Assembly (NCBI GenBank): GCA_947478395.1
Contig: CANJVR010000002.1
Coordinates: forward strand, 96,001 to 160,000
DNA length: 64,000 nucleotides
From: Opitutia bacterium
GTDB taxonomy: Bacteria > Verrucomicrobiota > Verrucomicrobiia > Opitutales > Opitutaceae
Reading direction: 5' to 3'
The notes below the pieces were generated by a model, which was given only the letters and a program-made list of their open reading frames with translations, was not told the origin of the DNA and searched no databases. Positions 30,588 through 40,087 of this stretch are shown piece by piece. The stretch's first letter is position 1. Every line of letters starts with the position of its first letter. Both the position numbers and the translations under genes were made by a program.

Positions 30588-30610
30588 GGCTCTTGGGTGC
30601 GGACTTTTTT
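30579..30610 (+). terminator. Intrinsic terminator after the ncRNA, upstream of pxpBC
   Basis: tccacgccc..gggtgcgga stem (one mismatch) followed by T6. Confidence 0.65.
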
Positions 30611-30633
30611 ATTTTGTCTCGGTCACGGTGCCG

Positions 30634-32367
30634 ATGAAGATCGCGGCCATGTTGTTCGCACCCTTGGGCGATTCGGCCGTGACGGTCACGGTCGCTGGTC
30701 GAACGCACGACGATACGCTCGCGGCAGTCAGTGGGCTGGCCGCGGAGTTGCGCAACGCGGGGATCCCCGGAATAACGGACGTCGTTCCTGCGTATGAAAC
30801 GGTCACGCTCTTTTATGAGCCGCGGCGTTGGACGGGCGAAACGGGTCGATCGTACGAAAAAATCTGCGCAGCCATCCGATCTGTCGCCGAGAAATTCGCG
30901 GGCTCCGCTCATCAGCAGCTTGCCGGAGCCGTCGGTGCGGTGCGATGCGTTGAGATTCCAGTGAACTACGGCGCCGTCGACGGTCCCGATCTCGGCGGTG
31001 TGGCCGCGCACGCCGGCCTGACCGAAAGCGAGGTCATCGCTCAACATAGCGGCGTGGAATATCGCGTGCAGGCCATCGGGTTTGCACCGGGATTTCCTTA
31101 TTTGAGTGGATTGCCGGCGGCGCTCGCAACGCCGCGACGCTCAACGCCACGGACTTCGTTGCCCGCTGGAAGCGTCGGCATCGGTGGCGCGCAGACGGGG
31201 ATTTATCCGCTGTCGTCTCCCGGCGGCTGGAACCTGATCGGCCGGACGGCCGTGAAGTTATTCGATCCCTCTCGCGCCGAGCCCGCTCTTTTGCGCGTCG
31301 GCGACCGCGTGAAATTCCGCGCGGCCTCGACCTCCGCCGCCGAATCCACCGCCCTATCCGGCGTCTCCGGCATCTCCGCTTCGGTCCCTGCGCTCAACGG
31401 GGAATGTCACTTAATAAGTGACATTCCCTCGGGAGAACGTGGGGACGGAATGCGAGTGATCAACGCGGGGATGTTGACGACGGTGCAGGATTTGGGGCGG
31501 GTGGGATATCGCGCGGCGGGGGTGCCGCTGAGCGGGGCCATGGATGCGGTGGCGCTCCGGCTGGCCAACTTGCTGGTGGGAAACGCGGAAGACGCGGCGG
31601 GTTTGGAGTTCACGCTCATCGGGCCGGAAATCGAATTTCGGACCGATACGCTCATCGCGCTGACGGGAGCGAAATTTCCGGGATGTCCCGCCGCCCGGGT
31701 CGTTCGGGTGGTTGCAGGCCAGCGCATCAAATTCGGCGCCGCGACCAAAGGCTGTCGCGGCTACCTCGCGATCGCTGGTGGGGTGAGCGTGCCGCCGGTT
31801 TTAGGCAGCCGCAGCACGTTTGCACGCGCTGCGTTGGGCGGGATCGAGGGCCGGGCACTGCGGGCGGGCGATAGCGTGCCAATCAATGCGGTGCAGCGTA
31901 GCGTCGCGGACCACTGGTGGCTCGATGAGCGATTTTTCCCGAGCTACTCGTCCGCGCCGACCGTTCGGGTGGTGGCGGGTGCCCACGGCATGGCGTATGG
32001 CGACGAGTGGCTGAACTCAGAGTACAGCGTTACTCCGCAATCCGATCGCATGGGACTGCGTTTAAACGGACCGGCGTTGGCGCGTGGCGGCGGCGGTGAT
32101 TTGCGCTCGTCGGCCGTGACGCCCGGAACGATTCAGCTCCCGCCGGATGGACAGCCGATCGTGTTGATGGCGGACGCGCAGACGATCGGTGGCTACCCGC
32201 AACTCGCCCACGTGATCGACGTGGATCTGCCGTTGCTCGCCCAGCTGCGGCCGGGCGACCGCGTGAGATTTCAACGTGTGCCACTCGCAGAGGCGCACCA
32301 ACTCATGAGCGCGCGCGAGCACACGTTGGCCTTGCTCCGCGAGGGCCTCGCCGAAAAATTCCGCTGA
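30634..32367 (+). CDS. pxpB: 5-oxoprolinase subunit B/C fusion (PxpB-PxpC; KipI/KipA, allophanate-hydrolase-like)
   Basis: [27 protein letters not shown] (PxpB); [25 protein letters not shown] (PxpC). Confidence 0.9.
   Translation: MKIAAMLFAPLGDSAVTVTVAGRTHDDTLAAVSGLAAELRNAGIPGITDVVPAYETVTLFYEPRRWTGETGRSYEKICAAIRSVAEKFAGSAHQQLAGAVGAVRCVEIPVNYGAVDGPDLGGVAAHAGLTESEVIAQHSGVEYRVQAIGFAPGFPYLSGLPAALATPRRSTPRTSLPAGSVGIGGAQTGIYPLSSPGGWNLIGRTAVKLFDPSRAEPALLRVGDRVKFRAASTSAAESTALSGVSGISASVPALNGECHLISDIPSGERGDGMRVINAGMLTTVQDLGRVGYRAAGVPLSGAMDAVALRLANLLVGNAEDAAGLEFTLIGPEIEFRTDTLIALTGAKFPGCPAARVVRVVAGQRIKFGAATKGCRGYLAIAGGVSVPPVLGSRSTFARAALGGIEGRALRAGDSVPINAVQRSVADHWWLDERFFPSYSSAPTVRVVAGAHGMAYGDEWLNSEYSVTPQSDRMGLRLNGPALARGGGGDLRSSAVTPGTIQLPPDGQPIVLMADAQTIGGYPQLAHVIDVDLPLLAQLRPGDRVRFQRVPLAEAHQLMSAREHTLALLREGLAEKFR
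31400..31428. repeat. Perfect 29-bp AT-rich palindrome inside the PxpB-PxpC linker
   Basis: gggaatgtcactta-a-taagtgacattccc. Confidence 0.9.
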
Positions 32368-32368
32368 C

Positions 32369-33097
32369 GTGCGTACTTTCATCGATCTCAACTGCGACGT
32401 GGGCGAGGGCGCGGGCCTCGATGCTGAGCTGATGGCGTGCGTGACGTCGGCCAATATTGCCTGCGGCGCGCACGCGGGTGACGCGGCCACGATGCGAGCG
32501 ACGATGGCCTTGGCTGAGCGGTACGGTGTGGCGGCGGGGGCGCATCCGGGATTCGCCGACCGCGAGAATTTTGGGCGCGCGGAGCGAATGCTTTCGCCGC
32601 GTGAGTTGCATGATTTGGTGACGCGTCAGATCGACGCGTTGCGCGCGTTCGGACCCGTGCGGCACGTGAAGCCGCACGGCGCGCTCTACAATCAGGCCGC
32701 CCGAGACCGCGAAATGGCAGACGTAATCGCCGCGGCGGTGCATGCGTGCGACCCGGCGCTGATTCTTTTCGGTTTAGCCGGCAGTGAACTTATTCGCGCC
32801 GGCCGTGCGCGCGGCTTGCGGGTCGCGCACGAAGTGTTTGCGGACCGCACGTACCAGCGCGACGGCTCGCTCACGCCGCGCAGCCGGGCCGATGCCTTGA
32901 TTCAGGACGAGGATTCAGCCGTGGCGCAGGTTTTGCGGCTGGTGCGCGAAGGCGTCGTGCGTTCGACCGACGGCACGGACGTGAAGATCCAAGCGGACAC
33001 GGTCTGCTTGCATGGCGATGGCTTGCACGCGGTGGCGTTTGCCCGGCGGCTGCGAATTGAACTCGAGGCGGCGGGGATCGAAGTGAGGCCGGTTTAA
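32369..33097 (+). CDS. pxpA: 5-oxoprolinase subunit A (LamB/YcsF family)
   Basis: [44 protein letters not shown]. Confidence 0.93.
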   Translation: MRTFIDLNCDVGEGAGLDAELMACVTSANIACGAHAGDAATMRATMALAERYGVAAGAHPGFADRENFGRAERMLSPRELHDLVTRQIDALRAFGPVRHVKPHGALYNQAARDREMADVIAAAVHACDPALILFGLAGSELIRAGRARGLRVAHEVFADRTYQRDGSLTPRSRADALIQDEDSAVAQVLRLVREGVVRSTDGTDVKIQADTVCLHGDGLHAVAFARRLRIELEAAGIEVRPV

Positions 33098-33115
33098 ACG
33101 GTCCGAGCGGCCAAG

Positions 33116-33255
33116 CTAGAGCGGTATCACCAAAAGCGCCCACAAACGACGTAGCGGCAGGCGTCCCTGCGTGCCGAAACTAATTTGCCGAAACCGGCAG
33201 GCAGGGACGCCTGCCGCTACACTAAACGGGCACGGAAAAACTTTAACCGCTCTAG
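33116..33255. mobile_element. 140-bp MITE-like element with CTAGAGCGGT terminal inverted repeats and an internal GTAG-REP doublet (best copy)
   Basis: ctagagcggt...accgctctag ends; REP pair at 33151-33220 is 25/26 complementary; related copies elsewhere in the window. Confidence 0.75.
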
Positions 33256-34916
33256 ATTTCGTAATTCGCCGGCTGAATCGTGCACGTCGTGCCGGTCGAT
33301 TCGATGGTGACGATACAAACATCGTCATCGAAATCCCGGCGCCCGGAATAAATTTCTACGGCCTGAACGAGACGGTCGGTGACTTCACTGCCTCCGAGCC
33401 CGCGGCTTTGCGTGAGATTTTCACCGAGGCGTTCAGCGCCGAAAATTTCGCCCGCGGCATTGGCGGCTTCAAACACGCCATCGGTGTAGGCCAGCAGAAA
33501 GTCGCCCGGAGCGAACGCGGTTTCGTGACGCGTGTAGGCATAGCCTTCGATCAAACCCGCCGCGGGTTCGGGATCGGCTGCGACCAGTCGCTCGATGACA
33601 TCGGATTCCGCGCGCAGGATGAGTGGCGGGGGATGGCCGGCGTTGCTGTAGAGGAGCGTGCCGTTCGCCGTGTCGATCACGCCGAAAAACGTCGTGGCAA
33701 AAACCGGCTGGCCGGTGCGCTCGAGGATCGGCGTGAGGCTATGGTTGATTTCGGCGAGAACGCGCGCGGGATTTTCGGCGCGATCGCCGAGTTCCGCCAC
33801 GACGCCGCGGATCAAGGCGGTGAGCAGTCCGGCGCGCACGCCGTGCCCCATCACGTCGCACACCAGCACGCCGCACTTCGTGTCGCTCAACTGGAGGATT
33901 TGAAAAAAATCCCCTCCCAGTGTGGTGGCGGGAATATAGCGATGTGCGAAGCGCAGGGCGCTCGCCTCGGCCGGGACACCCCGCGGGAAAATCGGATAGG
34001 ATCGCGGCAAAAACGTCTCCTGCACCTGGCGGGCCATGCGCACATCGGTTTCCATTTCCGTGGTGCGCCGCTGGAGTTCCTCGTCCGCCTGCTTACGCTG
34101 CGTGATGTCGTGGCTAATGCCGACAATGCCCGCGATCTCGCCGCGCGAATCGTGAAACGGGACTTTGGTCGTCAGTGACCACCGTACATTACCCGCTTCG
34201 CCGAAATCCGATTTCTCTTGGTTGACGATCGACGTCTCGCCGCGGAGCACCATGCGGTCGTCGATGAGCGCCTGGCGGCCGCGTTCGCCTGGAAAAAAAT
34301 CGGACGTCGTGCGACCGGCGGCTTCCTCCTGCCGCTGCACGCCGAGGACGTCGAGGTGGGCGCGATTATTGAGAATATAATGCGAGGCCGTGTCTTTGAT
34401 GTAAATGCGGGCCGGCAGGTGATCGATGATGGTTCGGAGGAGATTACGCTCCTCGGTGAGTTTTTCCTCGGCGTGTTTGGCGGCGGTGACATCGCGGGTG
34501 AGTCCGAAGGTGCCGATGATTTTGCCGGCGTCGTCGCGCCAAGCCATTTTGGTCGTCGACGCCCAGGCCTTCGTGCCGTCGCGCATCGTGAGCTTTTCGA
34601 TTTTGGCGATGATCGGCTGGCCGGTGCGGATAATCTCTTTTTCATCGGCGAGCGCGCTTTCGGCGTGGGCCCGCGAAAAGAAATCGAAATCGGTTTTTCC
34701 AATGCAGAATTCAGGCGTGGGAGCGCCGAGGAGCCGCGCTTGAGCGGCGTTGTTGCGGACGAAGCGGCTCGAGAGATCCTTGAAGTATATCCGGTCCGGG
34801 ATCGTGTCCATCAGCACCATCAGGATGGACAAGACCAGCGCTTCGCCTTGGGGCAGCGTCGCGGTGGCGATGGCCGGCCCGTCCGAAGAATTCGAGGGAG
34901 ACGCGGGGAGAAGCAA
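33252..34916 (-). CDS. PAS-PAS-PP2C (SpoIIE/RsbU-like) serine phosphatase
   Basis: Two PAS/PAC repeats (IYFKD..GKTDFDF; IYIKD..), LGGDFF, CDVMGHG, NAGHPP, YTDGV, DDVC; start uncertain. Confidence 0.88.
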   Translation of the reverse strand: MLLPASPSNSSDGPAIATATLPQGEALVLSILMVLMDTIPDRIYFKDLSSRFVRNNAAQARLLGAPTPEFCIGKTDFDFFSRAHAESALADEKEIIRTGQPIIAKIEKLTMRDGTKAWASTTKMAWRDDAGKIIGTFGLTRDVTAAKHAEEKLTEERNLLRTIIDHLPARIYIKDTASHYILNNRAHLDVLGVQRQEEAAGRTTSDFFPGERGRQALIDDRMVLRGETSIVNQEKSDFGEAGNVRWSLTTKVPFHDSRGEIAGIVGISHDITQRKQADEELQRRTTEMETDVRMARQVQETFLPRSYPIFPRGVPAEASALRFAHRYIPATTLGGDFFQILQLSDTKCGVLVCDVMGHGVRAGLLTALIRGVVAELGDRAENPARVLAEINHSLTPILERTGQPVFATTFFGVIDTANGTLLYSNAGHPPPLILRAESDVIERLVAADPEPAAGLIEGYAYTRHETAFAPGDFLLAYTDGVFEAANAAGEIFGAERLGENLTQSRGLGGSEVTDRLVQAVEIYSGRRDFDDDVCIVTIESTGTTCTIQPANYEI

Positions 34917-35040
34917 GGGAGGAGGGGGAGGATCCGAACTTAGGGCCAGAAGTTCACACCTGAATCAAGCCGAGCCATGGCCTTCGAAATCGCCGGGCCC
35001 GGATACCGAGGGGCACGCCGCGAGAGGGGGACGGATGCGC

Positions 35041-36927
35041 TCATTTTTTTTGCCGGGCGAGAATCGCTTCGATTTGATCCATGATGGAGTTCATGCGGGC
35101 GACCAAGGCGCGGTAAGGCGCGGGCGAGGCAAGGTCGACGCCCGCGCGCTTGACCAAGTCGTACGGATGATCGGATCCGCCGGCCTTGAGCAAGCCGAGG
35201 TAAGTGTCCACCGCGCCGGGATCGCCGCGCAATGTGCGTTCGGCGAAGGCCGTACCAGCGGCGATCGACGTGGCGTACTGGTAGACATAAAAATGCCGGT
35301 AGAAATGGGGGATGTAGGCCCACTCAATTGTCACGAGATCGTCGATCTTCAGCACGCCTTGCGCGTCGCCGTGATAGCGGCGCAGCAGATCGCCGTACAT
35401 TTCGCTTAGCTTCGCGCCGGAGAGCGCGCCGCCTTTTTCGACGACTTCATGAATGGCGAGTTCGAACTCAGCGAACATCGCCTGACGGAAAAACGTGCCC
35501 CGAAAATTTTCGAGCGCAGAACCGAGGTAGTACAATTTTTCGTCGTCCGTCGCTGCCACCTTCAGCATGTGATCGAGCAACAGTACTTCGTTTTGGGTCG
35601 ACGCGATCTCGGCGGTGAAGATCGAGTAGCCGGAATCGGTGGCCGGTTGCGTCGCGTTGGCCAGCAGCGAATGGACGCCGTGCCCCCATTCGTGCGCGAG
35701 GGTGGAAACTGACTCGTAGTCGTTGTTATAGTTGATGAGCACGTAGGGGTGGGCGTCGTGCACGCTGCCGTTCATGTAGGCGCCCTGGCGTTTGCCCGGC
35801 TGGGGATACAAATGCGTGTAACGGCCGGCGAGGCTGTCGGAAAAAAGCTTCACATAAGCTGCGCCGAGCGGTCCAACGGCCGCGGTGGTGAGCGCTTTTC
35901 CTGTGGCGATGGGAAACGTTTTCTCCAGCCGGACGATCGGGGGGTAGATATCCCAGTAACGCAGGTCGGTCAGGCCGAGCATGCGGGCGCGCAATTTGAA
36001 GTAGCGGTGCAGCGTGGGGAGATTGGCGTTGGTCTCGGCAATCAGGGTCCGGTAGACGGCCTCAGGAATGTTGTGGGCCCCGAGGGCCGACGCGAGGCTG
36101 CTGGAATATTTGCGGGCGCTGGCGGTGAACCAGTCGGCTTTCACTTCGGAAAAAAGGGTGACGCCGAACGTGCGCTCGTATTCGCGGAATTTCTTCCAGA
36201 ACGCCTCGAACACCGCCTGGCGGTCGGCGCGGTCCGGCGCCGCGCGCCAGCGGGTGTAGCCGGACGCATCGAGGCGCGCTTCGGTGCCGTTGGCGAGTTT
36301 GATGGTGGGCCAGGGGACGTCGGCGTTGGAGAGAATACCGTACACTTCGCTTGGAGTCTCGGTCACAAGCCCGGCGCCCGAGAGTACGTTTTCGGCCTCG
36401 GCGCCAAGCGTGTGCGGCGCGGCGCGGAGAATTTCCATGAGCGAAAAACGGTACTGGGCTAGGCGCGGCTCGGCGGTGAGAAAGCCGTGGATTTTGGCGT
36501 CACCGACGGTCAGGATTTCGGGGTTGATCCAGCTCGTGGCGCGGGAGAACTCCGTTTCGAGGAGACTGATTTCTTGGGAGTGTTCGAGATTGGCGGCGAC
36601 GCGTTTGTCTTCGTCCCCCTTGAGCGAACTATAAACGGCGAGGCGGGTGAATTGCAGGGTGAGCGTCTGGATGTAGTCCAGTGCGGTGAGGAGCGAAGGC
36701 GGGTTTTGGCCGAGCGTGCCCTCGAAGGTTTTGATTTTCGGCAGACCGGCCGCGAGCTGGTTCTTGGCGGTGGTCCACGCCGCTTCGTTGGGATAAAGGA
36801 GCGTCAAGTCCCACGTCGTGGCCGGATCGACCGCGGCGGGCGTCGCGGCCGCGGCCGCTGCGGCGCGAACCGAAGGGGTTGAAAGGGGGAGCAACGCGAG
36901 CAGAGCGGACAGCAAGCGAGATTTCAT
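35041..36927 (-). CDS. pepF: Oligoendopeptidase F (M3B) with signal peptide
   Basis: TWDLTLLY, GKRQGAY, HEWGH (HExxH), AEIAS, WAYIPHF; start MKSRLLSALL at 36927. Confidence 0.9.
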   Translation of the reverse strand: MKSRLLSALLALLPLSTPSVRAAAAAAATPAAVDPATTWDLTLLYPNEAAWTTAKNQLAAGLPKIKTFEGTLGQNPPSLLTALDYIQTLTLQFTRLAVYSSLKGDEDKRVAANLEHSQEISLLETEFSRATSWINPEILTVGDAKIHGFLTAEPRLAQYRFSLMEILRAAPHTLGAEAENVLSGAGLVTETPSEVYGILSNADVPWPTIKLANGTEARLDASGYTRWRAAPDRADRQAVFEAFWKKFREYERTFGVTLFSEVKADWFTASARKYSSSLASALGAHNIPEAVYRTLIAETNANLPTLHRYFKLRARMLGLTDLRYWDIYPPIVRLEKTFPIATGKALTTAAVGPLGAAYVKLFSDSLAGRYTHLYPQPGKRQGAYMNGSVHDAHPYVLINYNNDYESVSTLAHEWGHGVHSLLANATQPATDSGYSIFTAEIASTQNEVLLLDHMLKVAATDDEKLYYLGSALENFRGTFFRQAMFAEFELAIHEVVEKGGALSGAKLSEMYGDLLRRYHGDAQGVLKIDDLVTIEWAYIPHFYRHFYVYQYATSIAAGTAFAERTLRGDPGAVDTYLGLLKAGGSDHPYDLVKRAGVDLASPAPYRALVARMNSIMDQIEAILARQKK

Positions 36928-36998
36928 TGGTGCGCCACGGTGCGGGTTTTCACGGTGGAAACGAGGCGAAAAATATCCCGGCGCGATCTTAAGGCCGT

Positions 36999-37066
36999 GC
37001 GGGAGGGGTGCGTTCACGCACTTTTATAGCATCGGCCCGCATGTCGGGTGAGGGCACCCCGCTCAC
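36999..37066. repeat. REP family 2 doublet (degenerate)
   Basis: gggaggggtgcgttcac ... gggtgagggcaccccgctcac. Confidence 0.55.
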
Positions 37067-37083
37067 CGTGGGATTTCGCGGCC

Positions 37084-38187
37084 TCAGTTGTTAAAACGGA
37101 AGAGAGCCACGTCGCCGTCGGCGAAGACGTATTCCTTACCTTCGAGCCGGTATTTGCCGGCTTCGCGGGCGGAGGCCACGCTGCCGAGACGCGTGAGGTC
37201 GGCGTACGAAACGATCTCGGCCTTGATGAAACCCTTTTCGAAATCGGTGTGGATGACGCCTGCGGCCTGCGGCGCCTTCCAACCTTTTTTAATGGTCCAC
37301 GCGCGCACTTCTTTTTCTCCGGCGGTGAAGTAAGTCTGGAGCCCGAGCAAGTTGTAGGTGCCTTTGATCAGGGACGAAACGCCCGAGTCCTCGACGCCGA
37401 GATCCTTGAGAAACGCCTTGGCCTCCTCCGGCGAGAGATCGATCAATTCGGACTCGATGCGAGCGCTGATCGGCACGTAGGCAGCGTCGTGATGAGCCTT
37501 CACGAAGGCGGCGACTTTCTGGACAAACGGATTTTGCTCGGCGGTGGCGAGATCACCCTCGGCAACATTACACGCGTAGAGCACGGGCTTGGCCGTCAGA
37601 AGCTGAAAAAGTTTCAACAGCGCGGTCTCCTCGGGTGTGGCGGTCAACGTGTTCGCGGGCAGGCCCGCGTTGAGATGAGGGGTGAGGCGCTCAAGCAGCG
37701 CGATCTCGATGATGGCTTCCTTGTCGCCGGACTTGGCCTTTTTTTGAGTCTTGTCGATCCGCTTGGTCACCGCGTCGAGATCGGCGAGGATGAGCTCGGT
37801 CGTGATGACCTCGATGTCACGCACGGGATCGACGCTGCCCATGGTGTGGATGATGTCGCCGTCCTCGAAACAGCGCACGACTTGCACGATGGCGTCGACT
37901 TCGCGGATCGTGGCGAGAAATTGGTTGCCGAGGCCCTCGCCCTTGCTGGCGCCGGCGACCAGACCGGCGATATCGACGAATTCGATCGCCGCGGGAATGA
38001 CGACGCTGGTCTTGGCGATTTTCTGCAGAACGTACGCGCGTTCGTCAGGCACGACTACGACGCCGACGTTGGGCTCGATGGTGCAAAACGGATAGTTAGC
38101 GGCCTCGGCTTTGCGGGAGCGGGTGAGGGCGTTGAAAAGGGTGGACTTGCCTACGTTGGGCAGACCGACGATGCCGGCTTTGAGCAT
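37084..38187 (-). CDS. ychF: Redox-regulated ATPase YchF
   Basis: [37 protein letters not shown]. Confidence 0.97.
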   Translation of the reverse strand: MLKAGIVGLPNVGKSTLFNALTRSRKAEAANYPFCTIEPNVGVVVVPDERAYVLQKIAKTSVVIPAAIEFVDIAGLVAGASKGEGLGNQFLATIREVDAIVQVVRCFEDGDIIHTMGSVDPVRDIEVITTELILADLDAVTKRIDKTQKKAKSGDKEAIIEIALLERLTPHLNAGLPANTLTATPEETALLKLFQLLTAKPVLYACNVAEGDLATAEQNPFVQKVAAFVKAHHDAAYVPISARIESELIDLSPEEAKAFLKDLGVEDSGVSSLIKGTYNLLGLQTYFTAGEKEVRAWTIKKGWKAPQAAGVIHTDFEKGFIKAEIVSYADLTRLGSVASAREAGKYRLEGKEYVFADGDVALFRFNN

Positions 38188-38504
38188 AAGGCGCGGACGT
38201 TCTCAGTGCGGCCGGGAGTCGGTCAATGGAAAAGGCCGCTGGTGGTGACGTTGTGATCGAAGAGCATCACGGCCTCCGCCCATCCCGCTTAACGTCCAGC
38301 CAAATTACCGCGGCGATAATAAAATGGAGGTGATCATAAATGTAGGCTCGCGCGCTTGCGTGCTGACTTTCGATTCGGATGGGTTCTCTCATCTAAAACC
38401 CGTTAAAAAGAATCGCGGGTCCGGGACTGGGGGCTTGACAGAGCGTGCTGTGGCCGGTGTGTTTTTCCTCTTTTTAACGCAAGCACCTCTCCGAAAACAC
38501 CGTC

Positions 38505-38774
38505 ATGGCACTCAAAATCCGTCTCACCCGCATCGGCGCCGTTCACCAGCCGCATTACCGCGTCGTCGTCGCTGAAGCCCGTTCCCGCCGCGATGGCGAT
38601 CCGGTTGATTCGATCGGCACCTACGATCCCCGCGCCAAGGCCAATGGTTTTAAGGTCGATATCGCTCGGGTCGATTACTGGCTGTCCAAGGGCGCAAAGC
38701 CGACGGACACGCTGCACGCGATGATCAAGCGCGCCCGTCGGGCTGCGCCCGCCGCACCGGTTGCCGCCAGCTAA
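38505..38774 (+). CDS. rpsP: 30S ribosomal protein S16
   Basis: MALKIRLTRIG..HYRVVVAEARSRRDG..GTYDP..WLSKGAKPT. Confidence 0.96.
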   Translation: MALKIRLTRIGAVHQPHYRVVVAEARSRRDGDPVDSIGTYDPRAKANGFKVDIARVDYWLSKGAKPTDTLHAMIKRARRAAPAAPVAAS

Positions 38775-38839
38775 AGTTCGGCAGGCTTTTCCGCCACGGG
38801 CGCAAAGACGCGAAGGCAGACTTCGCCCTAAAAAAATTG

Positions 38840-38864
38840 GCCTCGGATTTTCCGGGGCTTTTTT
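38840..38864 (+). terminator. Terminator-like hairpin between rpsP and trmD
   Basis: gcctcgga-ttt-tccggggc followed by T6. Confidence 0.6.
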
Positions 38865-38886
38865 ATTTCCAACCATCGTTACGACC

Positions 38887-39558
38887 ATGTTGCGCATCGA
38901 TGTCCTCACGCTCTTCCCGCGGATGCTCGACGGGTTTTTGACCGAGAGCATTTTGGGGAAAGGAATCGCCGCGCAACACCTGGCGGTCGCGGTGCACGAC
39001 TTGCGCGCGTGGTCGACCGACAAACATCGCACCGCGGATGACCGGCCGTTTGGCGGAGGGGCAGGGATGGTGGTGAAGCCCGAGCCGGTGTTTGCCGCGA
39101 TCGAGCAACTGCAGACCCCGGGTTGCCGGCGGATTTATCTCACGCCCGACGGAACGCCGCTTTCGCCCACACTGGCGCACGATCTTTCCCGGCAAAAGCA
39201 TCTGATATTTCTGAGCGGACACTACGAGGGCATCGATCAGCGCATCCGTGATGGTGTGATCGATCAGGAGATCAGCATTGGAGATTATGTGCTGACGAAC
39301 GGGACGTTGGCGGCGGCGGTGGCGATCGATGCGTTGGCGCGTTTTATTCCCGGCGTGCTCGGTGAGGAAAAGTCATTGACGCACGAATCCTTCACCAACA
39401 AGTTGCTCGACTTTCCTCAATACACGCGTCCCGCCGAATTCCGGGGCATGTCCGTTCCGGAGATTCTTCTCTCGGGAAATCATGTCGAAATCGAGAGGTG
39501 GCGGCACGCGCGACAGGTGGAAAAAACTCGTTTGGTCCGACCCGATTTACTCAAATAA
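38887..39558 (+). CDS. trmD: tRNA (guanine-N1)-methyltransferase
   Basis: [42 protein letters not shown]. Confidence 0.96.
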   Translation: MLRIDVLTLFPRMLDGFLTESILGKGIAAQHLAVAVHDLRAWSTDKHRTADDRPFGGGAGMVVKPEPVFAAIEQLQTPGCRRIYLTPDGTPLSPTLAHDLSRQKHLIFLSGHYEGIDQRIRDGVIDQEISIGDYVLTNGTLAAAVAIDALARFIPGVLGEEKSLTHESFTNKLLDFPQYTRPAEFRGMSVPEILLSGNHVEIERWRHARQVEKTRLVRPDLLK

Positions 39559-39572
39559 CTCTTCTTAAAGCC

Positions 39573-39956
39573 ATGAACCCGATCATTAGCCAAATCACCG
39601 CCGAGCAGGTGAAGAAAGATATTACGCCGTTCAAAGTCGGCGACGGCGTGCGCGTGCACACCAAAGTTCGCGAGGGCGACAAGGAACGCATCCAGATTTA
39701 TTCTGGCATCGTCATCGCGCGCAAAGGGCACGGAATTCATGAATCGTTCACCGTCCGCCGTATCAGCTACGGCGAGGGCGTGGAGCGCGTATTCCCCGTG
39801 AACTCCCCGAACATCGAGAAGATCGAGGTCGAGCGCGAGTCCGAGGCGATGAAGGCGCGTCTCTATTATCTTCGCCGCCGCACCGGCAAAGCCGCCGTGG
39901 CCGTCAAGGAACGCGAGAACCGCGTCGAGACCGCCGCCCCAGCCGCCGCTCGCTAA
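39573..39956 (+). CDS. rplS: 50S ribosomal protein L19
   Basis: [40 protein letters not shown]. Confidence 0.96.
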   Translation: MNPIISQITAEQVKKDITPFKVGDGVRVHTKVREGDKERIQIYSGIVIARKGHGIHESFTVRRISYGEGVERVFPVNSPNIEKIEVERESEAMKARLYYLRRRTGKAAVAVKERENRVETAAPAAAR

Positions 39957-39996
39957 TACGAGGCGTTCATCGGAGCGGTGCGCTCACTTTTACCCT

Positions 39997-40025
39997 AAGC
40001 GAGCCTCTCAAGGCTCGCTTTTTTT
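39997..40025 (+). terminator. Intrinsic terminator after rplS
   Basis: aagcgagcct-ctca-aggctcgctt followed by T-run. Confidence 0.85.
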
Positions 40026-40087
40026 GTGCCCAAAAAATCAATTATTCCGGCCGGTCGTTTCCGTTTTTCCAGAAATTTAGCTATAAC

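Noticed and set aside
30400..30610. Guanidine-I riboswitch, tmRNA, RNase P or SRP identity for the ncRNA
   Set aside because: Their diagnostic motifs and lengths are not seen
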